This document shows, piece after piece, positions 1 to 13,508 of a DNA stretch of 64,000 bases. Source of the DNA: Octopus vulgaris (taxonomy: Eukaryota). The notes under the pieces were generated by a model. It made no database searches, was not told where the DNA came from, and was given only the letters and a program-made list of their open reading frames with translations. Position 1 is the first letter of the stretch; every line of letters begins with the position of its first letter. The position numbers and the translations under genes were made by a program. The stretch spans positions 39,928,001 to 39,992,000 of the forward strand of contig OX597832.1 in NCBI GenBank assembly GCA_951406725.2, written 5' to 3'.

Positions 1-318
1 TGTGTTACACGCTTCCTATTACCTTTTCCTTGTGTGTACTTTTACTCATATGTAGGTGAGGGGTATTGTATATACTCTCTGTATATTTCCAGTATCTAGA
101 AACATCTCATTAGGTATTAGTGCGCATTCGCTTTCAATGGCTGTCCTCAATTTGTTGACTGTTGCCAGGATTTTGCACTGTAAATTATATCTTATTAAAT
201 ATCTCTAAAAAAAAATGTCTAGTGGTGTGAAATCTGGTGAATGCAGAGGGTTTTTTGTGTTTTTTATTTAAACCACTTTGTTCAATCTAACTTGGCAAAA
301 TCTCTTCAGGGTAGGCCC

Positions 319-547
319 TTAACTCTTTAGTGTTCAGAACACTCTGTTAAATGTAATACTTTTTCATTCAAATTGTTTTGAATTAATCATGCATTATCTT
401 ATTGCTTTGAGGTTTCAATGATGTGATTACTTATTTTCAGAATGGCATTGTAGGTTAGGAGTGAGAGGCTAGATATCGCCAGTTTGAATATAAAACATGT
501 AGAATATATTGGGCCGGATTTGGCCGGTTTAAACACTAAAGGGTTAA
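319..547. mobile_element. piggyBac-like MITE (TTAA-flanked, about 230 bp)
   Basis: TTAA-ctctttag ... ctaaaggg-TTAA; six related copies in the window. Confidence 0.75.
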
Positions 548-742
548 ATTACTATGCTTGACAGATTGTTGCAGCAAGTTCTAGTAAATGGCACCGGTCA
601 TCTTTTCAAAAAAGAACGGTCCAATTAATCTTTTTGATGATAAACTGTAGCTCCTAGTAAATTAATATGATGTTCTTCTAGAATATATAGATTCTCAGGT
701 CTTCAGTAGATGCTGCTGTGGTGGTTAATCAAGCCATTTAAT

Positions 743-969
743 TTAACCCTTTGGTGTTCTGATTATTCTATCAAACATAATGCTTATTGATTCCCATTGA
801 TTTGAATTAATCATGCATTATCTCATATCTTCAAGATCTTGATGGTGTAATTACTTAATGTAGAATAACATTGTGGGGTAGGTGTGAGGGCCTGGATCTG
901 GTCAGTTTGAACATAAAACAGATTAGCTATTTTGGCCAGATATAGCCGGTTTAAATACTAAAGGGTTAA
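743..969. mobile_element. piggyBac-like MITE
   Basis: TTAA-CCCTTT ... AAAGGG-TTAA, same body as 319-547. Confidence 0.8.
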
Positions 970-1596
970 ATGTAACCCCATCACTCCAAACGATCTTTGT
1001 CAAAGTACTACATGTGAAACTCCACTATTTGTTTCCAGCTGTCTTCACTGAGAACATGGGCTATTTTTCTAATGCAACTTTTCCTGACAGCACTTCAAAA
1101 TGCAGTGGGCGCTTGATTTCAGAATTTTAATTTAATTTCATCACTTGTTTGCCATAACTGATTTGAACTCGAATTTCTAATACCCTTTCTTGCTTTGTTT
1201 GGTTCATCGATATCCACAGTCTTCCAGAATATTTCCTGTGGACATTCTGAACAGTTCCTTCAAATTAATATCTAACTCAAGTGGTGGTTAGTCACGTAAG
1301 GGTTTCTGTTTGAAACTCACACCTAAACTGTCTTTGCACTTCAACTGCATTTTTCAAACTTTCAGTAGCATTTTAGGATGAACGTCCTTTATTTAAAGCT
1401 TAATTTGACTAAAATGAAACAAAATTGAGTTATCGATTGTTAAAATGTATAGACATTCTTTTAGGAATTGAGAGAGAGACTTGGCTGCTATTTCTAGTAA
1501 TCAAGCAACAATAAAGAATTCCATCGTTGATTCATAGCCTTTGATTTAAGTAAGTTATGTATCTTTTTTGTGTTTTGATATTTTTATGGCTTAGTT

Positions 1597-1830
1597 AAAG
1601 GTGGCGAGCTGGCAGAAATGGTAGCAAGCCGGGCGAAATGTGTAGCCGCATTTCGTCTGCCGTTACGTTCTGAGTTCAAATTCCACCAATGTCAACTTTG
1701 CCTTTCATCCTTTCAGGGTCGATAAATTAAATACCAGTTATGCACTGGGGTCGATATAATCGACTTAATCCGTGTGTTTGTCCTTGATTGTCCCCTCTGT
1801 GTCTAGCCCCTTGTGGGTAGTAAAGAAATA
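1597..1830 (+). mobile_element. tRNA-headed SINE family B, full length
   Basis: GGTGGCGAGCTGGCAGAA head, B-box-like GAGTTCAAATTCC, body gcctttcatcctttcagggtcgataaa; perfect 20-bp TSD gatatttttatggcttagtt (1577-1596 / 1831-1850). Confidence 0.9.
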
Positions 1831-2189
1831 GATATTTTTATGGCTTAGTTTGAGTTAGTGCCATTGACCTTTTACAGGACATCCTAGAGAGGTGAGAGGA
1901 AAGCCACACTGCTGCAAATATTTGGGCTGAAACCCAACAGTCAGATGGTCATGTTAAACTGGGTGACATATTAAGTCTACCACTATGGAATATGAATGGG
2001 CCCTTAGTCTTTTTCACAGTTTTTAACTACAAAATTTCAGTTGCACAGCTTCGGCCAACTCAAGGCTGTACAAGAAGACTTTTCACCAAAGTTCTGCATA
2101 CTGAGACTGCAATGAACTTCTTAATCACGCTGCTATTATTCTGTCAGTCTTGTGGCTAGTAACATTGGAATTTGATTGACTAAATAAAT

Positions 2190-2520
2190 ATGCTCCTTCT
2201 CATGGCTGAGGGTTGGAGGCCTCAGATACAACCGCCGATCCTTGCCAAACACTGCAGTCTCCTCATATTGCAGTTGTACACTCTGCCAGATCCTTGATAT
2301 CGTGTCTGCCCAATCCTTTATATTTACACTCCATTTTCACCTTCTGGTTATTGTCACCAACCTTCAATCTACTCCCATCTCGTCTAGGAACAAATTTTTT
2401 GTGCTACAGGCTGCCCGAATTATCTGCAGTGTTCACCTGTAGCTTTTCTTCTCAAATGACCTCAGATGTTTAGTGTCTACAACTCTTGGAATTTAGGCCA
2501 TACTGTATAGCATCTGGTTA
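2190..2520 (-). mobile_element. Degenerate RTE-like LINE 3' fragment
   Basis: Minus-strand remnants PRRDGSRL..., WADTI..., ASNPQP* resemble RTE C-termini; heavily decayed. Confidence 0.4.
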
Positions 2521-2814
2521 TGTTCACTGCTGTCTGTAACAATTGATATTGAATATAATTAATTTCATACCTGCAAAATGGTTGGTGTTAGGAAGGGCAT
2601 CCAGCTTTAGAAGGCTTGCTAAAACCAGAACATATTAGTGAGGCATGGTTCCCCGAACTATCTCAGAGTAAAGTAACTCCAAATAAGAACTGACTTGGCC
2701 CTTGATAACCTGTTGAAATTGTGCCACCATAGAAAGTAGGCATAAAGTGATAATGATAATAACATTGCAGTTAAGCATAAGATAAAAAATAAGAAGAAAG
2801 TAATGGAAATGATA

Positions 2815-3190
2815 GGCACAGGAGTGGCTGTGTGGTAAGTAGCTTGCCTACCAACCACATGGTTCCGGGTTCAGTCCCACTGCATGGCACCTTGGGCAAG
2901 TGTCTTCTGCTATAGCACCGGGCCGACCAAAGCCTTGTGAGTGGATTTGGTCGACGGAAACTGAAAGAAGCCTGTCGTATATATGTATGTGTGTTTGTGT
3001 TTGTCTCCCTAGCATTGCTTGACAACCGATGCTAGTGTGTTTGCGTCCCCGTCACTTAGCGGTTTGGCAAAAGAGACCGATAGAATAAGTACTGGGCTTA
3101 CAAAGAATAAGTCCCGGGGTCGATTTGCTCGACTAAAGGCGGTGCTCCAGCATGGCCGCATTCAAATGACTGAAACAAGTAAAAGAGAGA
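2815..3190 (+). mobile_element. tRNA-headed SINE family A (CORE-like ccttgggcaagtgtctt segment, internal TA/TG microsatellite)
   Basis: A-box-like GTGGCTGTGTGG and B-box-like GGTTCAGTCCC, ending in aacaagtaaaagag; more than 15 full or partial copies in the window. Confidence 0.9.
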
Positions 3191-5439
3191 GAAAAAAGAG
3201 AAAGAGAGTAATAAACCATATAAATACTACAAAAGAGAATCAGAAACCTCTTTGTTTACCATTTCCAAAATCTATATTAAAGCAGGGAACTTCGAAATAA
3301 ACATATTACCCTTCCCTTTTGAGATTAAAGTATTGTTGAAATGTAAAATTGAGATAAATGTAACATGAAAGATTGCAATCAATGAAATGTAAATTATGAT
3401 TTAAAGGATTAAAAAGTATCTGATTAGAATTTATTAAATTAAAAATTAACTAAGATTTTGCTTACAAAAAGAAAACAAAATTGCTTCTTGCAGATCCTCC
3501 TTCGTAGAAGCTCTTAAATCTGATTTATTTTCAAATTACTATCTGTGAAATCAGTCAAATTAGTGTCTGAAAGTGGAAATGTTAACACATTATGTTACAC
3601 TTAGTCGGTGTCGGTACCGTTTTATTAACTCTGGCACTTGAAGCTCAATAATTGCTTCTGGCTGTGACAAGGGTGAATCATCTTAGCCGAGCTCATTTCT
3701 CCTTGAGTTATATACTCATGGTCAAAGTTTCCACTGAGCTGCTTGATTGTGGTCATTTTTGCATTCACATATGCAAATTAGCCAGAGGGTGGTGGTGGTG
3801 TTTCATGTCACCAGCATTGTTGTTGCGTCTATGGCAAAGCCACTTTAACTCTCAAATGCTGCAGTCTACCAAGCCACAAATTGGCGTCTAGTCAAAGATA
3901 GGTTTTTAGCTTTGAATAGATATTTAACTATGAATAGGCAAGAAGCTATAAAAGGAAAGAAAAAAGTGCCAAGCTGTGAAAGGGTGTGAACAACAACAAC
4001 ACTATTGTTTCTGATGCATGTTTTTTTGTAATCATAAACACAGTCGTACATCCGTGGTGTGTGGTTTTTTAAATACTTATGAATGAGTGTAAAGTGTTTT
4101 GTGCACTGTTCTCCGTTAGTAATACTGCTTCTTGCCTTTTGCCATCAAGTGTCTAATTGATGGTCAGGCGATATGGCCTGCACATCTGTTTCCGGGATCT
4201 GAGGGAATGGTGCTCCCGGCATTGTAAGTTGATGAAACACTCCTCGGTTTTACATTGCTATCAGTAACAGAAGAGAAACTTCACAAGTAACTGTTGCACA
4301 ATCTATTGACATTCTAAAGCTAGGGATGCAGTTTAGCCACCAACACGGTCTACACAGTCTACTCCATCCCAGTTGATTGTCCACAAATGCTTTCATCTAT
4401 GGTCTAAGAGTTCAGTACCACACACACACTCACGCTCACATGTGCAGGCGTGGCTTTGTGGTTAAAAATTTCACTTTACAATCTCGTGATTTTGGATTCA
4501 TTCCTGCTGCATAGCACTATGGGCAAATGTTTTCTACTACAGCATTAGACAAGTTTGTAAAATTGGTAAACAAATTATTTGGAACTCATTGTGTGTGTGT
4601 GTGTGTGTGTGTGCGCACTGTTTCTTATAACAAAAATGGCTGTAAACGAATGAAAGTGATTATATAACTTTTGTCATTCATTAATATATATGTGTTGGCA
4701 TTAGGAAGGGCATCCAGCCGTAGAAACATTGCCAGATCAGACTGGGCCCGGTGCAGCCTTCTGGCTTCCCAGACCCCAGTTGAACCATCCAACCCATGCT
4801 AGCATGGAAAGCGGACGCTAAACGATGATGATGTGTGTGTGTATTTGTATCTTGATATTGTTTACACACGACATAAAAACAATGTCACCCTATTAAGCAG
4901 TGTCACTGTCTACACCTGTTTCTAAAATATATTGTTGAGCAGTTCAGCATTTTTGAAAGACCAAGGAATAAGTGCCTTAGAAACAAGCAAGAGTTTGCAA
5001 CAGAAAGGGCATCTGGCCACAGGAAAAACTGACCAGAGCCCAGAAAGTGAACAAATACCACAAAGCATATTGCCTGATGCTTTTCTGATTTCAACCTGTT
5101 ATAAATCTAACAGACACATAACCTGATTTAGTTAATTACTAAATGCTTTGGAAGATACATCAATGCATCAAGGTGTAAACTTTAGAAGTCCCTCATGAAG
5201 GACTTTTCAGTTTACAGCATTATCAAACATACTGTCAGGGAGCATCCTTCATCTCTGACAACACTGGACTGCTGTCTTTCGGATTTTCTAAGGGGTCTTA
5301 GAGCAGGCGGTTTAAGAAGCTTGCTTCCTAATCATATTGTCTTTGATTCTGCCCCAATGTGTGGTGCCTTGGGCAAATGTCTTCTACAGCTGCAAGTCAA
5401 CCAAAGCCTTGCAGATTTACTAGAAATGTATATTTGCAG

Positions 5440-5790
5440 AGTTGGCCTCAGGCACCAGATGGCACAGAGCCCCCCAAATTCCATTTCTGAGACCAACTCA
5501 AGGCCACTCTCCTCTGCTTGCTCCATTGACCCAAATACCTGGGAGACAATCACCATGAACTGCCCAAAGTGGCGACATGTTGTTGTTAAAGGAATGTTCC
5601 AGATGGAAAATAATAAATATCAAGAGGCAGAGAGCAGATGTCGAAGATGCAAAGTGCAACTTGCCCTTCCTCGTCCCTTGCCAACCCTCCCCTGCAATAA
5701 ATGCCCCCAAATCTTCTATACCATCCTTGACCTGGACAGCCACATCAGACATCAGCACCCTTCACATCCATCAGGATGAAGATGCATAAT
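5440..5790 (+). mobile_element. RTE-clade LINE C-terminal fragment
   Basis: LSACSIDPNTWETITMNCPKWRHVVVKG...CNKCPQIFYTILDLDSHIRHQH, an RTE-type W-x-W motif plus C2H2 finger. Confidence 0.7.
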
Positions 5791-6510
5791 CACTCTCTAC
5801 AAATTAACTACTCAGGTACAAGTTAATGTGTGTGTGTGTGTATACATCTTTGTGTGTACCCTTGTCTAAACTTCATGTGATGGTTGTAAATGATGATCAT
5901 CATCATTATTACCAGTGAGATTGTTCATTTCCAGTCTTGTGTGAAAAAATGTTTGGCCATGGGAAAATATTACACTACTTGCAAAAACACGAGTGTTGGT
6001 AACAGGTGGGGCATCCAACCATTGGAATTTGCCTTGACAAATTGTGTCGGACTCATGCAAGCATGAATAAGTCGATGTTAAATGATGATGATGAAGACAC
6101 AGCTTGTTTTATGAGCATTATTGATGTTATGAAGCTGGTGAGTGACAGAATCAATGCAGCCTCCTCTAGGACTTGTGCTATTTTGTCAGGTACCTACATT
6201 CAAATTGTCTGACATTGACTTTTGTCTTCCGTTTATCTATCCAAGGTCAATAAAATAAATAAGTCAAGTAGAGTGGGAGGTAGTTTTATTGATTGTTGTT
6301 TCCTCAAAATGTGTCAGTGTTTGGAAATTGTTATTAATCAGACGCCTTCTTTTGAATGTTTCTCTTCTGTCATATTTATTTCTTGTCTGATGATAAACAG
6401 TTCTGCTGTTTAACTTTTTGCATCTTACTTAGCTTAAACGTATAAACACATGTCTTTGTGTTTTCTCATTGTGTTCACAATAACTGGTAACATCACATGG
6501 ACATAGGGAG

Positions 6511-6670
6511 TATCATCATCATTGTTCGACCGTGTTCGAGACAGTGGAATTTACTATGTTACGCCAGACTTCACGGTCCATCATAGCATTACGGAGGTCC
6601 TGTTGCTGGATGCCTGGGGATTACATCAGGGTAATCTCTGATGTAATCCCTGATGTAATCTCCAGGAATA
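6511..6670 (-). mobile_element. RTE LINE 3' end with (GAT)n tail
   Basis: GIQQQDLRNAMMDREVWRNIVNSTVSNTVEQ* followed by gatgatgat. Confidence 0.75.
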
Positions 6671-7827
6671 GGGAGTAAGTTGCCTGAGCATTTCAGAGGA
6701 ACATTGAACGTATCTTTGTAAGAACTTGCCCTGTGTCAGTTGTTGTGTTTTGGTTAGATGTGTCTGGCTGGAGACCATTCCATGTAAATAGACTTTTTGC
6801 AAATAGAAAAGGGCTACTTTGATACAGTGGAGTTTGTTTTGGGATATATGATTATATGATATTCTTTTATTCTTCTGCTTGTTTGTCATTTGACTGCAGC
6901 CATGCTGGAGCACCACCTTTAGTCAAACAAACTTATTCTTTGTAAACCTGGTACTTATTCTATCAGTCTCTTTTACTGAACCGCTAAGGTACGTGGATGT
7001 AAGCACACTAGCATTGGTTGTCAAGCGATGGTGGGGGGACACAAATACATACATACATATATATATATCAGTGGCAACTCCAGCACTTGGGCTGTTCGCG
7101 CTTAGTATAAATTTAGTGAAGCTGATTTAGTTTCTGCCAACACTTCAGGTTTGTAATTGCAGCCAATAACTCGGGCTTCTTTTAATGAGCCTGGTCGCAG
7201 TTCATTTATTTTTGTTCAGTGTCTGGCATTCGTCTTAGAGGTAGGTGCCCTGTGTCAAACAATATCATTCGTAGCGGACGTTCTCTCGACATCATTCATA
7301 CGCACCTGACACGGGCTCAGAAGTTACAGCCTGGGTTGTTATCTATGATTATAAAAATTAAAAGTAATTCAAATTCAATGTTTTCTTGAAACGATAAATT
7401 TCTGTAGAGATTAGGATTTAAATTCCAATCTATGAAAAGTTTCCATTTTAGAATATTCTTAAAGGAATGAAAAATACCCTGCAACTTGGGCTAATATCAA
7501 GCCTGGCAGGTGTAAAAGACTAACTGGCATCTCTTGTCAAGAGTACAGGTGACAGTCAGGTGGCTGATGTTTGTTGTGCATTCCGCTGTCATTATTTGAT
7601 TGCTGTTGTTCTCTGCGCCTGTGTGTAAGGATCTGTTGTGTTTTGCAGGGTTGCTTTATTTTTACCCTTAACTTAGAAATGGAGAAAAACATAGTGCTAG
7701 ATTTTAATAAAAATAAGCTGTTTGGGGCTAGAAATAAAGCAGAAAAATGTGAAATTCTTTGAATGTCTTATGTGAAATCTGTGATGAGCCCAAGTGATGC
7801 TGATGACCTGGAGTCGCCTCTGATATA

Positions 7828-7869
<42 letters not shown>

Positions 7870-9098
7870 CACATACAATGGGCTTCTTTCAGTTTCTGTC
7901 TACCAAATCTACTCACAAGGCTTTAGTAGAAGGCACTTGCCCAAGGTGTCATGCAGTGGGACTGAAACCGGAACCATGTGGTTGGGAAGCAAGCTTCTTA
8001 CCACACGTCCACTCCTGTGCCTCTATAGGGATAGAAATTGAACTTGCAGAGTTTATGTCTCATTGTGAGCTGTTCACTTCAGACATTTACAATATAAACA
8101 AATTGGAAATCAGTCTCCTGAAGCGAGAGTAGTTGTCTCCATTGCATGCCTGCCTGTCTGTGCGTCTCTCTTGTTGTTTAACCTAATGTTGGTTATGCTT
8201 GAGTACAACTATGATCAAAACCATTCCAGTTAAGATTATCCAAACATATTTTCAAGCATAGTGTTATATAGAACTACGTTATTCAATATCTTATCAAAAG
8301 ATGGTAAGATGCGATTTGAGTGGCAGATTTGGCTTCTGTTTCTTACAGGTTGAAAACCCACATATAGACTTCCTTCCTCGATAAGTCTGTCTGTCTCAGA
8401 AGCTATCCAACCTGTACCTGCAGAGGAAATGAAAAAAAAACTTCAGTCTCATCTCGGAATGTATTTCCTCTCCATCCCAACCTCCCCTTCTCCCCTTTCT
8501 CTCCCTAATTGCAACAATAAACATTGATTTTCTTTTTTCTACCAAACGCACTGAAGCTTCAGATTTCTAGGTGAGTGTGTTAATGGTACAGGTGTATCAT
8601 ACCACCTTATTTACCAACACTCAGCCACCACTTTCTTATATTTCATCAATATATGCTTCACTCTGCCTTTTCCCTTTTATTCTCGCGACACATTTTCTAT
8701 TTTACATACATACATACATCATTTGCTCACCCCCCCCCTCCCCATGACTTAGCGGTTTGGCAAAAGAGACCAAAGGAATAAATACGAGGCTTTTAAAACA
8801 AAATAATAAGTACTTGGGTCAATTCGTTTGGCTAAAGATTCTTCAAGACAATGCCCCAGCATGGCCACAGTGTAATGACTGAAGCAAGTAAAAGATGAAA
8901 GATACCTTCTTGTTGGTTTGGCCTTTACTGTTTATGTACCAGTAATATACTAGGGATTCACTCTCTTTATGTAGAATAACTTGACCTTTGTGTGTGTTTT
9001 TTTTTTTTTCCAATTCAAATTACAGTGTCTCAAATACTCATAAGATGGTGTGTTGCAATGTTTAAGCTTTTCTATTTAGAACATTAACAATATTGTTA

Positions 9099-9477
9099 AT
9101 GGCGCAGGATTGGCTGTGTGGTAAGTAGCTTGGTTCCGGGTTCAGTCCCACTGTGTGGCACCTTGGGCAAGTGTCTTCTACTATAGCCTCGGGCCAACCA
9201 AAGCCTTGTGAGTGGATGTGGTAGACGGAAACTGAAAGAAGCCCGTCGTATATATGTATATATATATTCGTGTGTGTGTTTGTGTGTCTGTGCTTGTCCC
9301 CTTAGCATTGCTTGACAACCGATGCTGGTGTGCTTATGTCCCCGTTACTTAGTGGTTCGGCAAAGAGACCGATAGAATAAGTACTGGGCTTACAAAAAAG
9401 AATAAGTCCCAGGGTCGTGTTGCTCGATTAAAGGCGGTGCTCCAGCATGGCCCGCAGTCAAATGACTGAAACAAGTA
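9099..9477 (+). mobile_element. SINE family A, full length
   Basis: 19-bp TSD ttagaacattaacaatatt (9076-9094 / 9478-9496). Confidence 0.9.
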
Positions 9478-9533
9478 TTAGAACATTAACAATATTCAGC
9501 TAGGAAACTGGGATACAAGTTTGGTTCATGAAC

Positions 9534-9812
9534 CATCATCATCATCATTATTTAACGTCCACTTTCCATGCTAGCATGGGTTGGACGATTTGACTGAGGT
9601 CTGGCAGAGTTTCTACTGCTGGATGCCCTTCCTAACGCCAATCACTCTGAGAGTGTAGTGGGTGCTTTTACATGCCACCGGCACGAGGGCCAGTTTGGTG
9701 GTACTGGCAATGGCCACGCCTAAATGGTGCTTTTTATGTGCCACCTGCATAGGAGCCAGTTCAGCGGCACTGGCGATGACCTCGCTCAAATGTTTCACGT
9801 GCCACCAGCACC
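9534..9812 (-). mobile_element. (GAT)n-tailed RTE-related non-autonomous retroelement (family G)
   Basis: catcatcat-ttaacgtccactttccatgctagcatgggttgg...ggatgcccttcctaacgccaa; about 16 variably 5'-truncated copies in the window. Confidence 0.8.
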
Positions 9813-11849
9813 ATACCTATGTAAACGGTACAGAGGAGCATTGTGAAGTGTTTGTTACTAGCAGGTGTTGGTAAGTTTTACCACATGTATCCTGATTCTA
9901 GAGCAGTTACATTCCAACCCTGTGTGCTATTAGCAGCAACTAAAAGAGTTAGCAATAGTAAGGGGGCATAGAAGTGTAAAGCACTGCATCAGAAACCTCA
10001 TCTAACCCATGCCGTCATGGAAAAGCAGGCATAAAAGGATTTTGATGGTGGTGAGACGTTGGTGAGTTTGATCAACGTTCTCAGGTTGAGATTGTACTTC
10101 TTGTTCCTTGGCAGTCAATTCAACTTCTAACGTGAACAGTGAACAGGTTTTTGTGTCTCAATACACAATAACTTGCCCTACATGCTGTGTTGCTCAGTCG
10201 CTGCTGTTTAGCCTTAATCGCGGATGTTTCAGTTGTGACCATTGCTTTTATCCATTGGACTGTGACCATGCTGGGGCACTGCTTTGAATAGTTTAGTCAA
10301 AACAAATTGAGCCCAGTACTTTTTTTTTTTAAAGTATGGTACTTATTTTATTGATTTTTTTTGCAAAACTAAGTTATGGAGACATAAACAAACCAACACC
10401 AGTTGTCAAGCAGTGGTAAGAGACAAACACAAAGAAATACACACACACACACAAAACAGGCTTCTTTCAGTTTCCATCTCCGAAATCACTCACAAGGCTT
10501 TGGTCAGCCTGAGGCTGTGGTAGAAGAGATTTGCCCAATGTGCCACACAGTGGGACTGAACCTGAAATCTTGTGGTTGGGAAGCAAACCTCTTACCACAC
10601 AACTCTAACTGTGCCTATATTCTGTTGTTGTTCTTCGGCCATTTTGGAACACTTATTCTTCTTTAATATGCGATTTGATGGATATTTAGCCATTATTTGT
10701 AATAGGTCAAGTGACTGTGTAGAGGCCTTTCTCTTTATCTTCATTGCCTATAAATCTGTTATACATTCAAGCCCTTATACTGTTTTCAATTCCCCCCATT
10801 GTTACAACAGCCTCTCCTCCAACACCACTCCACACTACCTATCCTTTGCTCTTCCTTGTTTCAGAAATTTTTACCAATCCCACAGGTACAATCCTCATAA
10901 AATATTAATGTCCATGATGTCTAACCACCGGACAATTCTGATCAGCCAGATCTTATGATTAGAGCCATTTCAGTCATGACCAGCCAAGCTGTCTTTTTGT
11001 ATTATGCATATATATAGCATTACTTCCTCTATTGTATTCTTTCCATTTCCAGCAAGTCAAATGACCTTGTACGGGCTTTCATGCTTTTTTCATACAGGGG
11101 TGGATGACCTGTTGAAATGCACTGAGCACCGAGGGACAGTGCCCAGTGGACATGGTCACAGCCTCTTGTTTCACATAAACTGGACGACTTTGATCCTAGT
11201 TTTAGTAAACATCTTCATTCTTCTTTTTACTGGTTTCCATCATTAGTTTGCGACCATGCTGGAGCACTTTTTTCACGGGCCTTGGTTGATTATACCATCC
11301 ACAGTACTTTGGGGATTATTTTATCGGAAGAGAGTTGACCTGTGTGAGATTTGAGCCTAAAAACTTAGAGACGTAATCAATTACCAGTGTTAAGTAGATG
11401 TGTGAGGTGAGGTTGATTTTACGATTTGTAACTGTGTAATCCAGTTTATTTTTTCCTGCTAAGGATAGAAGAGACAAAGGAGACGGCGTCGGAGAAAGCA
11501 TCCGTCCGTCCAACCCATGCCAGCATGGAGAGCAGGCGTAAAATTATGATAATGCGGTCAATTCTTTTATTAGTCAGCGAGGGGTGCGGGGCAGGGCAGT
11601 ACCCATAACTTAACAGGCTCTCCCTAACTGATGGGGTTGATGTAGCTGGTGGTCAGCTTGAACTGGTTGCTGTTCAAAGTAAATTAGAAGGCCTATGTGG
11701 TGTTTCACATGGGACATGAGAAGTGAGTCACAACAGAGGTTGAGAGGCCATGTGAGACAGCGGTGCTTGCTTAATGATCTTGAATAAAAATTTTAATGTG
11801 AAGCGAGAGGGGGTGGGGTGGGGACACGAATCATTCCTTAAGCTGGGAT

Positions 11850-13320
11850 TAAACTTAACCAAGTTAATCGGTGTTTTAACTGCGGAGTCGTCGCTATAGC
11901 GTCGGACAAAAAAAAAATTGCTTAGTGTATTTAGTGGCGGTCCTTTATACGATGTAAATTCAAATCCTGTGGAGGTCAGCATTTGTTTATTAATATTTTA
12001 TTTATTTATTTTTTTTGTACTTCGGGGTCGATAAAAAAGAAATTACTATTCAAGTACTGGAACCGATTTAATATTCTTGCGACACATCCAGATGTGAATG
12101 GGATGATTTATTGATAGAAGTTGAAATATGAGTGGTGTGAACAGGTTTTTACTGTTACATGTTTATATATATATATATATACATAATTTATATAGTTTAT
12201 GTATGTATTATATTATGTAGGTAAAATATCGAAAGGGGAGATTTCCCTCCTCCCCCCTCGCCGCCTCCTATATACCATCTTTTATTTCTGGGTCATTAAA
12301 TCTCTCGGTAAGAAATCGTAAACGAAGTCTTTCTCTCTCTGTTTTTTTTTTTTTCAAGTTGGGAATGAGGAGCTAGAGAGTTATGGTTCTTAGTTTAAAA
12401 TCGTTAGCTTCCAACAGTCGCCGCACGGTAGCGCTGCGCAAGCCAAGCCTACTCGAGCTTCTCTCGCTCTCACTCTTCCTGTGTCACTCACACTCACCGT
12501 ACCTTATACTCCGTCGTCTCTTATCAACCACACTGGAACTCTGTAAAGCAGTGCAGGTATCCATGTTGTTTTTATTCTATATACATATATACATATACAT
12601 ATACATATATACACTCTATATTTTCCCTTCGGCAACGACTCTTCTCCACATCATCTCACCACCTTTTCTTTTCCCATAGTGTTGACGATGATTAGACGCA
12701 CCGACTTCCCCCCCCCCTCCTGTCTCTCCTATTGCCCTTAATCTTCTTCTTCTTCTTCTCATCTCTGGCCACCAACGAGTCTCTTTATTATCAAAGATAA
12801 ATCATTGACATTCTCCCCCCGACTCTTCATTTCTTCTTAACCCTGACAATCGATATCTTTCTCTATTTAAATAATGACATTCTTCTCTCTCTCCCTCTCC
12901 ATTCAGTGAGTGACATCATATATATATATACATATATATATGTATATATATATATACACACCTACCTCTCTCTAACGTCAGTATATCTCCCACCTTTTCT
13001 ATTGGTTTCTCTCTCTCTCTCACCTTTTGTCTGTGAGAAGGAAGTAGTCTCTCTCTCTATCGATGACATCCTTTCATAAATTCCTCCACGTCCTATCTAC
13101 GACACCACAATTCGCCGTCCCCTTTTTTTCTTATCCTACCTTGTTTCGGACGCTTTCTTTCCGTGCCCCTCCCCACATAGAAGTTTCCCTTGCATCCCCT
13201 TTCAATAGTCGAATCGGTAGTAGTATTAGTAGTAGCATCGCCAACTGGTCGACTTATGGTTGGTTGGTGTAAGGTTCTAAACTTGCTTTCGTCCTTAGTT
13301 TTCCTCCTCTTGTCTCCTGC
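11850..13320 (+). promoter_or_regulatory. Probable CAB39 promoter and non-coding first exon (about 12400-12556)
   Basis: SINE-poor, locally CpG-rich stretch with pyrimidine-rich leader and donor-like cag|gtatcc at 12556/12557. The first coding exon has a splice acceptor, so an upstream exon must exist. Confidence 0.4.
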
Positions 13321-13444
13321 CATCTTGAATGACTCTCACACACCCGCACATCAATGATATGGGAGTATGTTTTGTTAGGTATACACAGCCATTCACACCA
13401 TCACTTTCGACAACGCTCAACTCCATCTTTTGAACGTCTCAGAT

Positions 13445-13477
13445 AGATATACATATATATATATATGTGTGTGTGTG

Positions 13478-13508
<31 letters not shown>

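Larger units (their letters stand above)
90..1420 (-). mobile_element. Decayed Tc1/mariner transposase, interrupted by two MITEs
   Basis: Minus-strand fragments FILKCY*KFE/NAVEVQRQFRCEFQ...VQNVHRKYSGR (about 1230-1380) and LHSPDFTPLDIF...LRTAIESECALIPNEMF (about 95-250), with stops and frameshifts. Confidence 0.7.

Noticed and set aside
2658-3300. Recurrent ORFs with RRHLPKV / [16 protein letters not shown] motifs throughout the window
   Set aside because: Translations of SINE family A, not a protein family
5195-5779. 194-aa ORF as a host zinc-finger gene
   Set aside because: Chance fusion of a SINE A fragment and an RTE C-terminal fragment
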